Origin: Sphingomonadales bacterium
GTDB taxonomy: Bacteria > Pseudomonadota > Alphaproteobacteria > Sphingomonadales > Sphingomonadaceae
Reading direction: 5' to 3'
Assembly (NCBI GenBank): GCA_031429915.1
Contig: JANPAM010000086.1
Span: 1 to 42,727, forward strand
Length of the DNA stretch: 42,727 nt
Of the stretch, positions 27,676-36,994 are shown in pieces (the first letter of the stretch is position 1; every line of letters starts with the position of its first letter). The notes under the pieces are model-generated. The model made no database searches, had not been told where the DNA came from, and saw only the letters and a program-made list of their open reading frames with translations. The translations under genes and the position numbers were made by a program.

Positions 27676-28827
27676 ATGAACCGTGCTCTCATACTCGCAG
27701 CTCTGCTTCTATCCGGCTGCGCGACCACCCAACCAACTACCCCAGCCTCCGTCGCGCCGCCAAGCGCTCAAGAAGCGCTCCGGTCTTATTACGCGACGTT
27801 GGGGGCAAAGCTGCCCACCGCACCCGCCAATCCGGCACTTGCCGCCGACACGGTAATTACGCGCTTCGCTTTCGGCAGTTGCGTGAACGAAAATCGCGAG
27901 ATGAAATTCTGGGACGTAATCGCCGCGCAAAAGCCTCAGGCGTTTCTGCTGATCGGCGACAATGTCTATGGCGACACGCGCGCAACTAGCGGTGCGGATA
28001 TCCCGACGCTGACCGCGAGCTACAAGAAGTTGAATGCGCGCGTCGAATTTAACCGGTTCCGCCGCAGCGTGCCGATGATGACGACATGGGACGACCATGA
28101 TTTCGGGGCAAACGATGCAGGTGGCACCTTTGCGTTTAGGGAATATGCGGAGAAGGTGTACGAAACCTACTGGGGATCGTCGGACGAAGTGAAATCACGT
28201 CCCGGTGTTTACGAAAGCCGCATCGTAGGGCCAGAGGGCAAACGCGTTCAATTCATCATTCTCGACGGGCGTTTTTTTCGTTCGGACCTGACAAGCATGC
28301 CGTACCGCGATCCAGGCCCGTCGCTTGGCTGGTATATTCCAAACACCGACGACAGGGCAACGATGTTGGGCGGTGCACAGTGGCGGTGGCTGGCGGACGA
28401 ATTGTCAAAGCCAGCCGAGCTTCGCTTTATCATTTCGTCAACGCAGGTGATAACCGATGCACATAATTTCGAAGGTTGGACCAATTTTCCCAAAGAGCGC
28501 GACCGGCTTTATGCAATGCTGGCCGAAAAGCGAGTGAGCAATGCGATCTTCCTGACCGGCGACCGGCATTCGGGTGGGTTTTACAAAGCCAACGTTTCGG
28601 GCGTTTCCAAGCCGGTGTGGGATTTCACCTCAAGCTCTCTTAACTTCGCCTTTGGCAAGGGTGACGGAGGCGACCGCGAGCCTGATCCGCGTCGCACCGG
28701 CGGTTTTTGGGGCATTCCCAACTTTGGCCAGATCGACATCGACTGGGCAGCGAAAAAAGTGACAATAAGCCTTCGCAAAGACGATGGCAGCGTGATCGAA
28801 ACGCAGGAGGTCAGTGCGATCGATTGA
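27676..28827 (+). CDS. Alkaline phosphatase D family lipoprotein
   Basis: Lipobox LLSG-C; motifs FAFGSC, GDNVYGD, WDDHDFG.ND, LGGAQW.WL, EGWTNFPKER, LTGDRH, TSSSL. Confidence 0.9.
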   Translation: MNRALILAALLLSGCATTQPTTPASVAPPSAQEALRSYYATLGAKLPTAPANPALAADTVITRFAFGSCVNENREMKFWDVIAAQKPQAFLLIGDNVYGDTRATSGADIPTLTASYKKLNARVEFNRFRRSVPMMTTWDDHDFGANDAGGTFAFREYAEKVYETYWGSSDEVKSRPGVYESRIVGPEGKRVQFIILDGRFFRSDLTSMPYRDPGPSLGWYIPNTDDRATMLGGAQWRWLADELSKPAELRFIISSTQVITDAHNFEGWTNFPKERDRLYAMLAEKRVSNAIFLTGDRHSGGFYKANVSGVSKPVWDFTSSSLNFAFGKGDGGDREPDPRRTGGFWGIPNFGQIDIDWAAKKVTISLRKDDGSVIETQEVSAID

Positions 28828-30439
28828 TTGCCGAGTAATCCACTGCTGCCACTCGATCCATCACCGCATTGCGGATTGCGCGCGCGGTTTCCAGCGGCAG
28901 CGCCATCATTTCAAGCGTGCCTCCTGCGATGCCAAATTTTAGCGAGGCCAGCCCTTGCCGCCGCGATATCGGACCTTGCGCGATTTCGACGGTCTGCACC
29001 TTCACTTGCGACGCGATCTCGAGACGTTGGTGCCACCAACCGTGCCGGATATAGAGTTGCGTGTCGTCCAAAGCATCGCGATAATTCCTCCGCTCGAACC
29101 AGAGCAGAAACGCCAACGGCACCAGCAGCCAGTAAATGTTAGCGGTCTGCGCAATCGTCGCTTCGGTAAAAACAGCGAGCGAGATAACCGGTCCGCACAA
29201 TATGAGCGCGGCGAAAAAGAATCTCGGCAGCCACCACCGACCAGAACCCTTACGAAAAGTGACATCCGCATTCGGCGCTTCGAGAGCAGCCGCCGCAACA
29301 ATCGGCCAGATTTCGCCAAGCGTCGCGAAGGGAGCCGCTACAAAGTTGGATTCATCCTTGCTATCCTGCGCCAGACTCACAAACTTCAGGCTATGCCACC
29401 CGCGTCGTTTTCGGATCGGGCCGGTCTGGATCACTGCTGCCTGCACGCGGTGTGCGGGCATAACGGTATCGGTCAACGTTAGAAGCCCGCGCCGCCGCCG
29501 GAAACCCTTTTCGGTGCGGTCGAGACGGAAACCATGTTCGCGCAAAGTGGTGCGGATGACGCCCGAAGCGAAGCCGACGATCAATAGACCAACGAGCGCA
29601 ATGACCCCCAAGACGATCCTTGCCGTCATCTCGATATCGCTGATCCGGTCGATGGTGATGCCACGATCTTCGGCGATGCCGATCCATTCGCGGATATCCC
29701 AGAAATCGAACGGCAGAAACGCATCAAATTGCTGCGCAACACCACCAAGGACCGCAAAAATCACTAGCGAGAACGAGTACAGCCCGAATATGAATACCCG
29801 TTTGCTGTCCATCGTGAATATCGGTGGGCTATCGACCGCTTCCGCCAAATCGTCGAGGGTCGCGTCCACAACGCCGCTTTTACGTGCGCGCACCAGTTCG
29901 CGCAGATTCTCGGCATCGGCGAGAATGACATAGCTCAATTTGGCATCTTCGCCCTTGCCGCCGCCAGTTTCGAACTTGACCTCGCCCAGTCCCATCATTC
30001 GTGCCAGCGGCTTTTGCTCGATGCTGACATCCTGAATTCGCTCATAGGGGATCGATCGTGCGGTGCGGTTCAATAACCCGCTCTCGATCCGGATGTCATG
30101 CTCACCGATATGATAGCGAAATCTTGTCCATGCCAGCCAGCGGAGGAACAGACTAGCGAACAGAACGATGACTATGATGACCGGGATCAGCACGGGATTG
30201 CTCGACGACCGAACCCCGAAAACAGCCGCGACAATTGGGAAAACGAGTTGCGGCAAGCCGGTAACGAACCCTACAATCAGGCCCGAAATATGCAGGCGGT
30301 GACCTTCGTCGGTGTTAATTCGTTCGCTCCCCTCCCCGTTCGTGTCGAGCGAAGACGAGACACCGTGAAGGAGCGCACCACTGATAGGTGTCTCGACGAT
30401 GCTCGACACGAACGGGTCTTGAGGTTGGGAGTTAGTCAA
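28811..30439 (-). CDS. YdbT-like membrane protein with bacterial PH domains; carries an in-frame palindromic insert
   Basis: Motifs RLH, IESGLLNR..RSIPYERIQDV, VKFETGGG, GLLT, KVQTV..QGP; TTG start overlaps the upstream stop codon. Confidence 0.88.
   Translation of the reverse strand: MTNSQPQDPFVSSIVETPISGALLHGVSSSLDTNGEGSERINTDEGHRLHISGLIVGFVTGLPQLVFPIVAAVFGVRSSSNPVLIPVIIVIVLFASLFLRWLAWTRFRYHIGEHDIRIESGLLNRTARSIPYERIQDVSIEQKPLARMMGLGEVKFETGGGKGEDAKLSYVILADAENLRELVRARKSGVVDATLDDLAEAVDSPPIFTMDSKRVFIFGLYSFSLVIFAVLGGVAQQFDAFLPFDFWDIREWIGIAEDRGITIDRISDIEMTARIVLGVIALVGLLIVGFASGVIRTTLREHGFRLDRTEKGFRRRRGLLTLTDTVMPAHRVQAAVIQTGPIRKRRGWHSLKFVSLAQDSKDESNFVAAPFATLGEIWPIVAAAALEAPNADVTFRKGSGRWWLPRFFFAALILCGPVISLAVFTEATIAQTANIYWLLVPLAFLLWFERRNYRDALDDTQLYIRHGWWHQRLEIASQVKVQTVEIAQGPISRRQGLASLKFGIAGGTLEMMALPLETARAIRNAVMDRVAAVDYSAINRSH
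30335..30416. repeat. 82-bp palindromic REP-dimer-like element inside a coding sequence
   Basis: Perfect 16-bp outer inverted repeat CCCGTTCGTGTCGAGC/GCTCGACACGAACGGG plus a 9-bp inner inverted repeat CGAGACACC/GGTGTCTCG. Confidence 0.9.
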
Positions 30440-30909
30440 AGCACATCCTGCCGGATCGCGGCACGAATGGTCTCTCGCATTGCCAACGCATCGGCATGGA
30501 GCAGCCCCGGCAGCGCCACTGTACTGTTATGGTTACCCGCAGTATGCACCGTCAGCGTGGCTAAACCATAACGCCGGTCAATCGGCCCCTGATCGACATC
30601 GATATGCTGGATTCGCCCGAACGGCACGACGGTGTCGCGGTAGAACATATAACCGCGAACGATACGGAGGCGGTCGCTGCCCATGTCATATCCCCAACGG
30701 CGATATTTGCGTTTGGGGACGGCGAAGGCCACCAAACCGTAAAGAATGAGTGCCGGGACGATGAACGAACCGGGCGGCACCAGTTGCGAAGCTTCCAAAA
30801 CACCTGCACCGATAAGCAAAGGCAATAACCCAAGCGCCGACGAAATCCGCGTCGTGGTCACATAAGCTGGGTTTAGTGGGGTTAATTCCGGCGCGGTATC
30901 GTCTGTCAT
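30436..30909 (-). CDS. YdbS-like bacterial PH domain membrane protein
   Basis: Motifs YRRWGY, VPFGRIQHIDVDQGPIDRRYGLATLTVHTAG, LPGL..ADA.AMRE. Confidence 0.9.
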   Translation of the reverse strand: MTDDTAPELTPLNPAYVTTTRISSALGLLPLLIGAGVLEASQLVPPGSFIVPALILYGLVAFAVPKRKYRRWGYDMGSDRLRIVRGYMFYRDTVVPFGRIQHIDVDQGPIDRRYGLATLTVHTAGNHNSTVALPGLLHADALAMRETIRAAIRQDVL

Positions 30910-30950
30910 GCGTGCGATATGCGCGGGCTGTGTTGCATATGCAAGACGGT

Positions 30951-31949
30951 TTAGCGCGCCAAAGCGGCGTTGGCCTCATCCACCAGCTTGGCGATTATAT
31001 CCACCACGGGTCGCTCGACATGCACCATCCCGACCGACTGCCCTGCCATCACCGTGCCATATTCGACATCGCCGTCGATGACGGCTCGACGGAGCGCGCC
31101 GGCCCAATATTTCTCGATCTCGAGCTGTGCCTCTTCCATGTCAATTTCGCCCGCATTGAGCCGCTCTGCAACCTCAATCTGTTTAGCGGTAAACGCTTCG
31201 GTTCCTTTGTTTTTCAGCGCACGCACCGGGATGACGGGCAGACGCGGGTCAATCTGAACACTTGCCACCGCGTCACGCGCATTGGCGCGCAGGAAGGCCG
31301 CCTTGAAGTTAGGGTGCGCAATGCTTTCATGCGCGCAGACAAAGCGCGTGCCGAGCTGAACCCCTGCCGCGCCCATTTCGAGATAGCTCGCCACCGCACC
31401 GCCACGCGCAATGCCGCCAGCTACAAAAATCGGGATTTGTTCGCCCAACTCTGGCAAAATTTCCTGCGCCAGCACCGAGGTCGCCACCGGACCGATATGT
31501 CCGCCCGCCTCGCTACCTTCGATAATCAGCGCATCGACATTCGAACGATAAAACTTTTTGGCCAGTGTCAGCGCAGGCGCAAAGCAGATTACCTTCGCGC
31601 CAAAACCCTTGATTGCCTCGATGCTCCCCTTTGGCGGCAGGCCACCGGCAATGACGACATGGCTGACATTATACTTCGCACACACCGCGATCAAATCCAT
31701 GATCTGCGGGTGCATGGTGATCAGGTTTACACCAAAAGGTTTGGAGGTTAGCTTTTTGGTCTCCGCAATCTCCGCATCGAGCAACTCGGGCGTCATCGCC
31801 CCGCAAGCAATCACCCCAAACCCGCCAGCGTTGGAGATTGCGGACACAAGGTTACGCTCAGACACCCAAGACATCGCCCCGCACATAATCGCGACATCGC
31901 AGCCGAGAAAGTCAGTGCCGCGTCGCATGAGGTGGGCGAGTTTTGTCAC
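30951..31949 (-). CDS. Nitronate monooxygenase family / enoyl-ACP reductase II (FabK-like) flavoprotein
   Basis: Motifs GAMSWVS, AISNAGGFG, PFGVN, EGSEAGGHIG, AGGI, GVQLGTRF, MAGQSVG; GTGA overlap with lysC. Confidence 0.88.
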   Translation of the reverse strand: MTKLAHLMRRGTDFLGCDVAIMCGAMSWVSERNLVSAISNAGGFGVIACGAMTPELLDAEIAETKKLTSKPFGVNLITMHPQIMDLIAVCAKYNVSHVVIAGGLPPKGSIEAIKGFGAKVICFAPALTLAKKFYRSNVDALIIEGSEAGGHIGPVATSVLAQEILPELGEQIPIFVAGGIARGGAVASYLEMGAAGVQLGTRFVCAHESIAHPNFKAAFLRANARDAVASVQIDPRLPVIPVRALKNKGTEAFTAKQIEVAERLNAGEIDMEEAQLEIEKYWAGALRRAVIDGDVEYGTVMAGQSVGMVHVERPVVDIIAKLVDEANAALAR

Positions 31950-33202
31950 TCGGCGTCGAGGCCATACGCTGTGTGCAACACGCGTACGGCAAGCTCGGTT
32001 TCATCTTCGTCAATCAACACAGATACCTTGATCTCGCTTGTCGAAATCGCCTGAATGTTGATCTTGCGGTCCGCCAAGGAACTGAACATCGTCGAGGCCA
32101 CGCCTGCATGGCTTTTCATGCCGACGCCGACGACGGAAATCTTCGTGACCTTGGTGTCGGGGATCAGGCGGTTATAGCCAATCGCGTCGCGCTGGTTTTC
32201 CAATATGTCGGTGCAGCGCGCGAGGTCGGCTTGCGGGCAGGTGAAGGTCACATCGGTCTCGCCCTTGTCGCGGCCGACATTCTGGATGATCATGTCGACG
32301 TTGATGTTGGCATCGGCCAAGGGGGCGAAGATATGCGCCACCGCGCCTGGCCGATCGGGCACACGCGTCAGGGTGATTTTCGCCTCGTTCTTGTCGGCGG
32401 CGATGCCGGTGATCAGTTGGCGTTCCACTTGATACTTCTCCAGTTCTTCGTCGGTCACGATCATCGTGCCGGGGATGCTGTCGGCGTCAGGGGCATTTTC
32501 GTCGATGAAGGACGACAGCACCTGAACGCGCACGCCTTCCTTCATCGCCAGACCGACCGAGCGAGTTTGCAAAACTTTCGATCCGACCGAAGCCAGCTCG
32601 AGCATTTCCTCGTACGTCACGGCTTTTAGCTTGCGCGCGCGCGCAACGATGCGCGGGTCGGTGGTGTAGACGCCGTCGACATCGGTATAGATATCGCAGC
32701 GGTCGGCCTTGACTGCGGCGGCCACCGCGACTGCTGACGTGTCCGAACCGCCCCGGCCCAATGTCGTGATGCGGTTGTCGTCGGTCAGGCCTTGAAAGCC
32801 CGGGATAACCGCGATGGTGCCTGCCTGCATCGAAGCTAGCATTTCGTCAGTATCAATCGCGCTGATCCGCGCCTTGGCATGGGCGCCGTCGGTGTGGATG
32901 GGCATTTGCCACCCAAGCCAGCTTCGCGCGTTGCAGCCCAAAGCTTGCAAGGTAATTGCCAGCAAACCCGCCGTTATCTGCTCACCCGCCGCGACGACTA
33001 CGTCATATTCAGCGGGGTCATACAGCGCATTTGCTTCCCGGCAGAAACCCACGAGCCGGTCTGTGTCGCCCGCCATGGCAGACACCACAACAGCAACCTC
33101 GTCGCCGCGTTCCGCCTGACGCTTCACGAGCTGCGCGACACGGCGGATGCGTTCGGTCCCCGCCATCGACGTGCCGCCAAATTTCATGACAATTCTGGCC
33201 AT
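31946..33202 (-). CDS. lysC: Aspartate kinase
   Basis: Motifs [39 protein letters not shown], and ACT domains ending [11 protein letters not shown]. Confidence 0.97.
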   Translation of the reverse strand: MARIVMKFGGTSMAGTERIRRVAQLVKRQAERGDEVAVVVSAMAGDTDRLVGFCREANALYDPAEYDVVVAAGEQITAGLLAITLQALGCNARSWLGWQMPIHTDGAHAKARISAIDTDEMLASMQAGTIAVIPGFQGLTDDNRITTLGRGGSDTSAVAVAAAVKADRCDIYTDVDGVYTTDPRIVARARKLKAVTYEEMLELASVGSKVLQTRSVGLAMKEGVRVQVLSSFIDENAPDADSIPGTMIVTDEELEKYQVERQLITGIAADKNEAKITLTRVPDRPGAVAHIFAPLADANINVDMIIQNVGRDKGETDVTFTCPQADLARCTDILENQRDAIGYNRLIPDTKVTKISVVGVGMKSHAGVASTMFSSLADRKINIQAISTSEIKVSVLIDEDETELAVRVLHTAYGLDAE

Positions 33203-33254
33203 GTGCCCCACATTATTGCTATGTTACAATCGGGCGTCCTGATAGGGACAGGAT

Positions 33255-33992
33255 ATGGCAAACGCAAGCACAGCAACGACTATAAATGCCGCAGAAGCCG
33301 CTCATTTCGGTGCGCTAGCGGCGGACTGGTGGGACCCCAAGGGCAGTTCAGCGATGCTGCACAAGCTTAATCCGGTCCGATTGGGCTTCATTCGTGCCGC
33401 CGTTGACGCGCATTTCGGCGGCGATCAGAGTGCTCGCTTTCCACTGGCTGGCAAAAGTGCGCTCGATGTTGGCTGCGGCGCTGGGTTGCTGTGCGAGCCG
33501 CTAGCAAGGATGGGCGCAGCGGTGACGGGGGTTGATGCGGCTCCGGAGAATATCGAGGCAGCGAAAGCACATGCGTTGCAGTCAGGTTTAACTATCAACT
33601 ATTGCCCGGGGGAGATCGCAGAGCAGGGGTTGGGCCAGTTTGATGTTGTGACCTCGATGGAGGTTGTCGAGCATGTGAGCGACCCGGCAGCGTTCGTGGG
33701 CGAACTGGCGCGGCACTTAAAGCCCGATGGCTTGCTCTTGCTCTCGACCCCTAACCGCACAGCAGCATCGCGGGTTTTTCTCGTTGAAGCGGCGGAGCGG
33801 CTGGGGCAGGTTCCGCGTGGGACCCACAACTGGGACCAGTTTTTGACGCCTGAGGAGCTGACCGCGCTGTTGTCTGATGCAGGGCTGGAAGTGATCAATA
33901 TGCAGGGAATTGCATTTTCGCCGCTCAAGGGGCTGCATTTGAGCGAGAATATGGCACTGAATTATATTTTGTCGACACGGTTTAAAACCTGA
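33255..33992 (+). CDS. ubiG: Ubiquinone biosynthesis O-methyltransferase
   Basis: Motifs WWDPKG...LHKLNPVRL, LDVGCGAG, MEVVEHV, STPNRT, PRGTH.W. Confidence 0.95.
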   Translation: MANASTATTINAAEAAHFGALAADWWDPKGSSAMLHKLNPVRLGFIRAAVDAHFGGDQSARFPLAGKSALDVGCGAGLLCEPLARMGAAVTGVDAAPENIEAAKAHALQSGLTINYCPGEIAEQGLGQFDVVTSMEVVEHVSDPAAFVGELARHLKPDGLLLLSTPNRTAASRVFLVEAAERLGQVPRGTHNWDQFLTPEELTALLSDAGLEVINMQGIAFSPLKGLHLSENMALNYILSTRFKT

Positions 33993-34009
33993 CCCTTAAG
34001 CACCGACCA

Positions 34010-34102
34010 CCGTCATGCTGAACTCGTTTCAGCATCTATCGTGCTCCACAAACCGGCGGTCTAGGTTGATAGATGGACCCTGAAACAAGTTCAGGGTGAC
34101 GG
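34010..34102. repeat. Intergenic CGTC-tagged REP-dimer-like palindromic element
   Basis: CCGTC-ATGCTGAA-CTCGT-TTCAGCAT-CTATC ... GATAGATGG-ACCCTGAA-ACAAG-TTCAGGGT-GACGG. Each arm is a hairpin and the arms are inverted copies; located between convergent ubiG and dnaB. Confidence 0.85.
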
Positions 34103-34128
34103 ACGGGAGATTGTTTGGCGACTAGCCC

Positions 34129-35616
34129 TCATTCATATCCCGCATCTCCATATTGATCGTCGGCCAAGTCGGTAAACCGCGTAATCTTGGCCTCGAATTT
34201 CATTCGCACCCGTCCGGTCGAGCCGTGCCTTTGTTTGGAGACGATGAGTTCTGCGACACCGTGGATTCGCTCCATTTTTTCGTTCCAGGCGGCAAATGTG
34301 GGCGCACCCTCATCGGGCTTTTTCATCAACTCATAATAATCTTCGCGGTAGACGAACCAGACCATGTCGGCGTCTTGCTCGATCGAGCCGGATTCGCGCA
34401 AATCGGACAGCATCGGCCGTTTGTCTTCGCGCTGTTCGACTGCGCGGCTTAGCTGCGAAAGTGCGATTACTGGTAGACTGAGCTCCTTGGCCAGCGTTTT
34501 TAGGCCACGGCTAATCTCGGAAATTTCGTTGACCCGGTTGTCGTTCGAGCCGCGCCCGCTCCCCTGCAAAAGCTGCAAATAATCGACAACGATCAATCCA
34601 ATCCCGTGCCGCCGCTGCAAACGCCGGGCGCGTGTACGCAGTGCCGCAATAGTCAGCGCTGGCGTATCATCGATATAGAGCGGCAATTCCTGCAGTTCGC
34701 GGCTCGCGCGTGACAGCTCGCGGAAGTCGTCACGCGAAATCTTACCCATCCGGAGCAGTTCGGAGCTGATACCCGATTGTTCGGCCAAGATACGCGTCGC
34801 AAGCTGGTCGGCTGACATTTCGAGACTGAAAAACGCAACCTTCGCGCCCGCACCCTTGGATTCTTCAATACCGTCTTCGCGCTCCTGCACCCAACGCCTT
34901 GCCGCATTGAACGCGATATTCGTTGCCAGCGAAGTTTTGCCCATGCCGGGGCGTCCCGCCAAAATCACAAGGTCCGAGTTATGCAGCCCGCCGCATTTGG
35001 CATTGATACCACTAAGCCCTGTGGTTACGCCCGACAGGCTTCCGCCAGAGTTAAGCGCCTTCTCGACATTCTTGATCGCTTCGGTCGATGCTTGCAAAAA
35101 GCTTTTCATCGAACCGGTTTCGCCTTCGCCCTCGGCAACCTTGTACAACGCGCTTTCCGCGGCTTCGATCTGGCCTTTCGGATCGACACTCTCGCTGGTG
35201 TCGAGCGCGTTATCGACGAGTGTGCGTCCAACTGTCACCAACTCGCGTAGCAACGCCAGATCGTAAATCTGCTGGGCAAAATCGCGCGCGCCGATAAGGC
35301 CTGCACCATCCGCAGTCAGCTTCACCAGATAACCCGGCCCGCCAAGTTCGCGCATCGATTCGTCGGCTTCGAAAAACGGCTTCAGCGTCACCGGCGTCAC
35401 CAACATATTGCGGTCAATCAGGCGAAGTATCTGCTCATAGACGCGCCCATGCAGCGGCTCGAAAAAATGGTCCGGCTGCAACTTGATCGAGACATCCTCG
35501 ATAATCCGGTTGTCTATAAGGATCGCACCCAGAAAAGCGGCCTCAGCCTCGATATTGCGCGGCAGGCGCTGGGGTTCAACTTCGTTGGTTGTAGCTAGTC
35601 TAATCGGTTCGGCCAT
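34129..35616 (-). CDS. dnaB: Replicative DNA helicase
   Basis: Motifs LPRNIEAE, AGRPGMGKT, FSLEMS, VDYLQL, LSQLSR, SDLRESGSIEQDAD, KQRHGSTG; no intein. Confidence 0.98.
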   Translation of the reverse strand: MAEPIRLATTNEVEPQRLPRNIEAEAAFLGAILIDNRIIEDVSIKLQPDHFFEPLHGRVYEQILRLIDRNMLVTPVTLKPFFEADESMRELGGPGYLVKLTADGAGLIGARDFAQQIYDLALLRELVTVGRTLVDNALDTSESVDPKGQIEAAESALYKVAEGEGETGSMKSFLQASTEAIKNVEKALNSGGSLSGVTTGLSGINAKCGGLHNSDLVILAGRPGMGKTSLATNIAFNAARRWVQEREDGIEESKGAGAKVAFFSLEMSADQLATRILAEQSGISSELLRMGKISRDDFRELSRASRELQELPLYIDDTPALTIAALRTRARRLQRRHGIGLIVVDYLQLLQGSGRGSNDNRVNEISEISRGLKTLAKELSLPVIALSQLSRAVEQREDKRPMLSDLRESGSIEQDADMVWFVYREDYYELMKKPDEGAPTFAAWNEKMERIHGVAELIVSKQRHGSTGRVRMKFEAKITRFTDLADDQYGDAGYE

Positions 35617-35717
35617 GGGTTCCTATCCTTTAGCATTAGGTCCCGCGCAAGCCTCGCGAAAAATAGAATGGGGGACAGCATTGTGGACAAACTATAATCG
35701 CAAGCTAACACAGCGAC

Positions 35718-36200
35718 ATGAGCGACCACCGCATCATCAAAGTCGAACTCGACGAGGCAACGATCCTGCGCCGCAATGCCGATATCGAGCAGGAACGGCG
35801 TGTGGCGATTTTCGATTTGATCGAGGATAATGTTTTTAAGCCGCTGCGCGATTTTGGCGATGGCTACGCTGGGCCGTATCATTTGAAGATTAGCGTCGAG
35901 GAAGGGCGGTTGATCCTCGATATCCGACGGAGCGATGACACCGCGTTCGAGGTACTGATACTCGGCCTCGGTCGTTTCCGCCGCATCGTCAAAGACTATT
36001 TCGCCATTTGCGACAGCTACTATCAAGCTATCCGCAAAGCGAGCGCAGCCGAGATCGAAACCATCGATATGGCGAGGCGCGGCGTTCATAACGAAGCGGC
36101 TGAATTGTTGAGGGAACGGCTTGAAGGCAAGATCGAAACCGATTTCGCGACGGCACGACGATTATTTACACTTATCTGTGTGCTGCATATCAAGGGTTGA
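35718..36200 (+). CDS. UPF0262 family protein
   Basis: Motifs EQERRVAIFDL, GPY, VKDYFAICDSYY, IETIDMARRGVHNE, TARRLFTLICVLH. Confidence 0.9.
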   Translation: MSDHRIIKVELDEATILRRNADIEQERRVAIFDLIEDNVFKPLRDFGDGYAGPYHLKISVEEGRLILDIRRSDDTAFEVLILGLGRFRRIVKDYFAICDSYYQAIRKASAAEIETIDMARRGVHNEAAELLRERLEGKIETDFATARRLFTLICVLHIKG

Positions 36201-36307
36201 AGCGAAACTCCGCTCCTCATTGACGGGGAACGGGTAAGTCGGCCCTCGACTCTCCGACACACCAACGGCAAGAGAGTGCCCGAATCGGAAGGGAGCATTT
36301 GGGTAGC

Positions 36308-36994
36308 ATGGCTGGGGGACGAAGCCGATATTTCAGGCTAAGCGCGATTGCGCTCGCGGTTGTGCTTGGGGTCTATGCGATCTGGAGCACCGTCACCGGT
36401 TGGGCCCCGTCGCGCGACGAATATAGCGTTCAAGGAATTGTCGTGAGCGAAGCCAATGGCAAACCTAGCTGGCCGGAACTGGGGGCCACGGGCGTCGATT
36501 TCGCCTATATAACCGCCAGCGAAGGCGCGCGCAGCCGTGACGCGCAATTTGAAACGAATATTGATGGCGCACGGCAAGCGGGCATCCGTTACGGCGCGCT
36601 GCATCATTTCGATATTTGCCGTCTCGCGTCGGATCAGGCGACGTTATTTATCACGACAGTTCCGCGCAGTGAGCAGGCATTACCACCAGCCGTGCAACTC
36701 AATTTCTCTGAAACCTGCACCAGCCGACCGAACCGAGCGCTGATCCTTTCCGAACTGGCTACTTTTCTCAACCAGATCGAGGCGCATAGCGGCATGCCGG
36801 CAATCCTGCTACTCACCCCGGAATTCGAAAAGGAATATAAAGTGAGCAGTTCGATAGACCGCACCGTCTGGCTTGAGGGCAACTGGTTCCTGCCCGATTA
36901 TTCAGCGCGACCATGGGTTATGTGGACCGCGAATTCTGCGCGGCATATTGACGGTATTGAAGGGCCAGTCCGCTGGGCAGTTGTGCGCAAATGA
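36308..36994 (+). CDS. Glycoside hydrolase family 25 (lysozyme-like) protein with degenerate catalytic residues
   Basis: N-terminal TM helix; GVDFAYITASEG, D..F..N, GIRYGALHHF, QA..F, PW.MW, GI.GPV. TTG at 36299 is an alternative start. Confidence 0.8.
   Translation: MAGGRSRYFRLSAIALAVVLGVYAIWSTVTGWAPSRDEYSVQGIVVSEANGKPSWPELGATGVDFAYITASEGARSRDAQFETNIDGARQAGIRYGALHHFDICRLASDQATLFITTVPRSEQALPPAVQLNFSETCTSRPNRALILSELATFLNQIEAHSGMPAILLLTPEFEKEYKVSSSIDRTVWLEGNWFLPDYSARPWVMWTANSARHIDGIEGPVRWAVVRK

Noticed and set aside
34129-35616. Intein in dnaB
   Set aside because: Normal length (495 aa) with contiguous helicase motifs.
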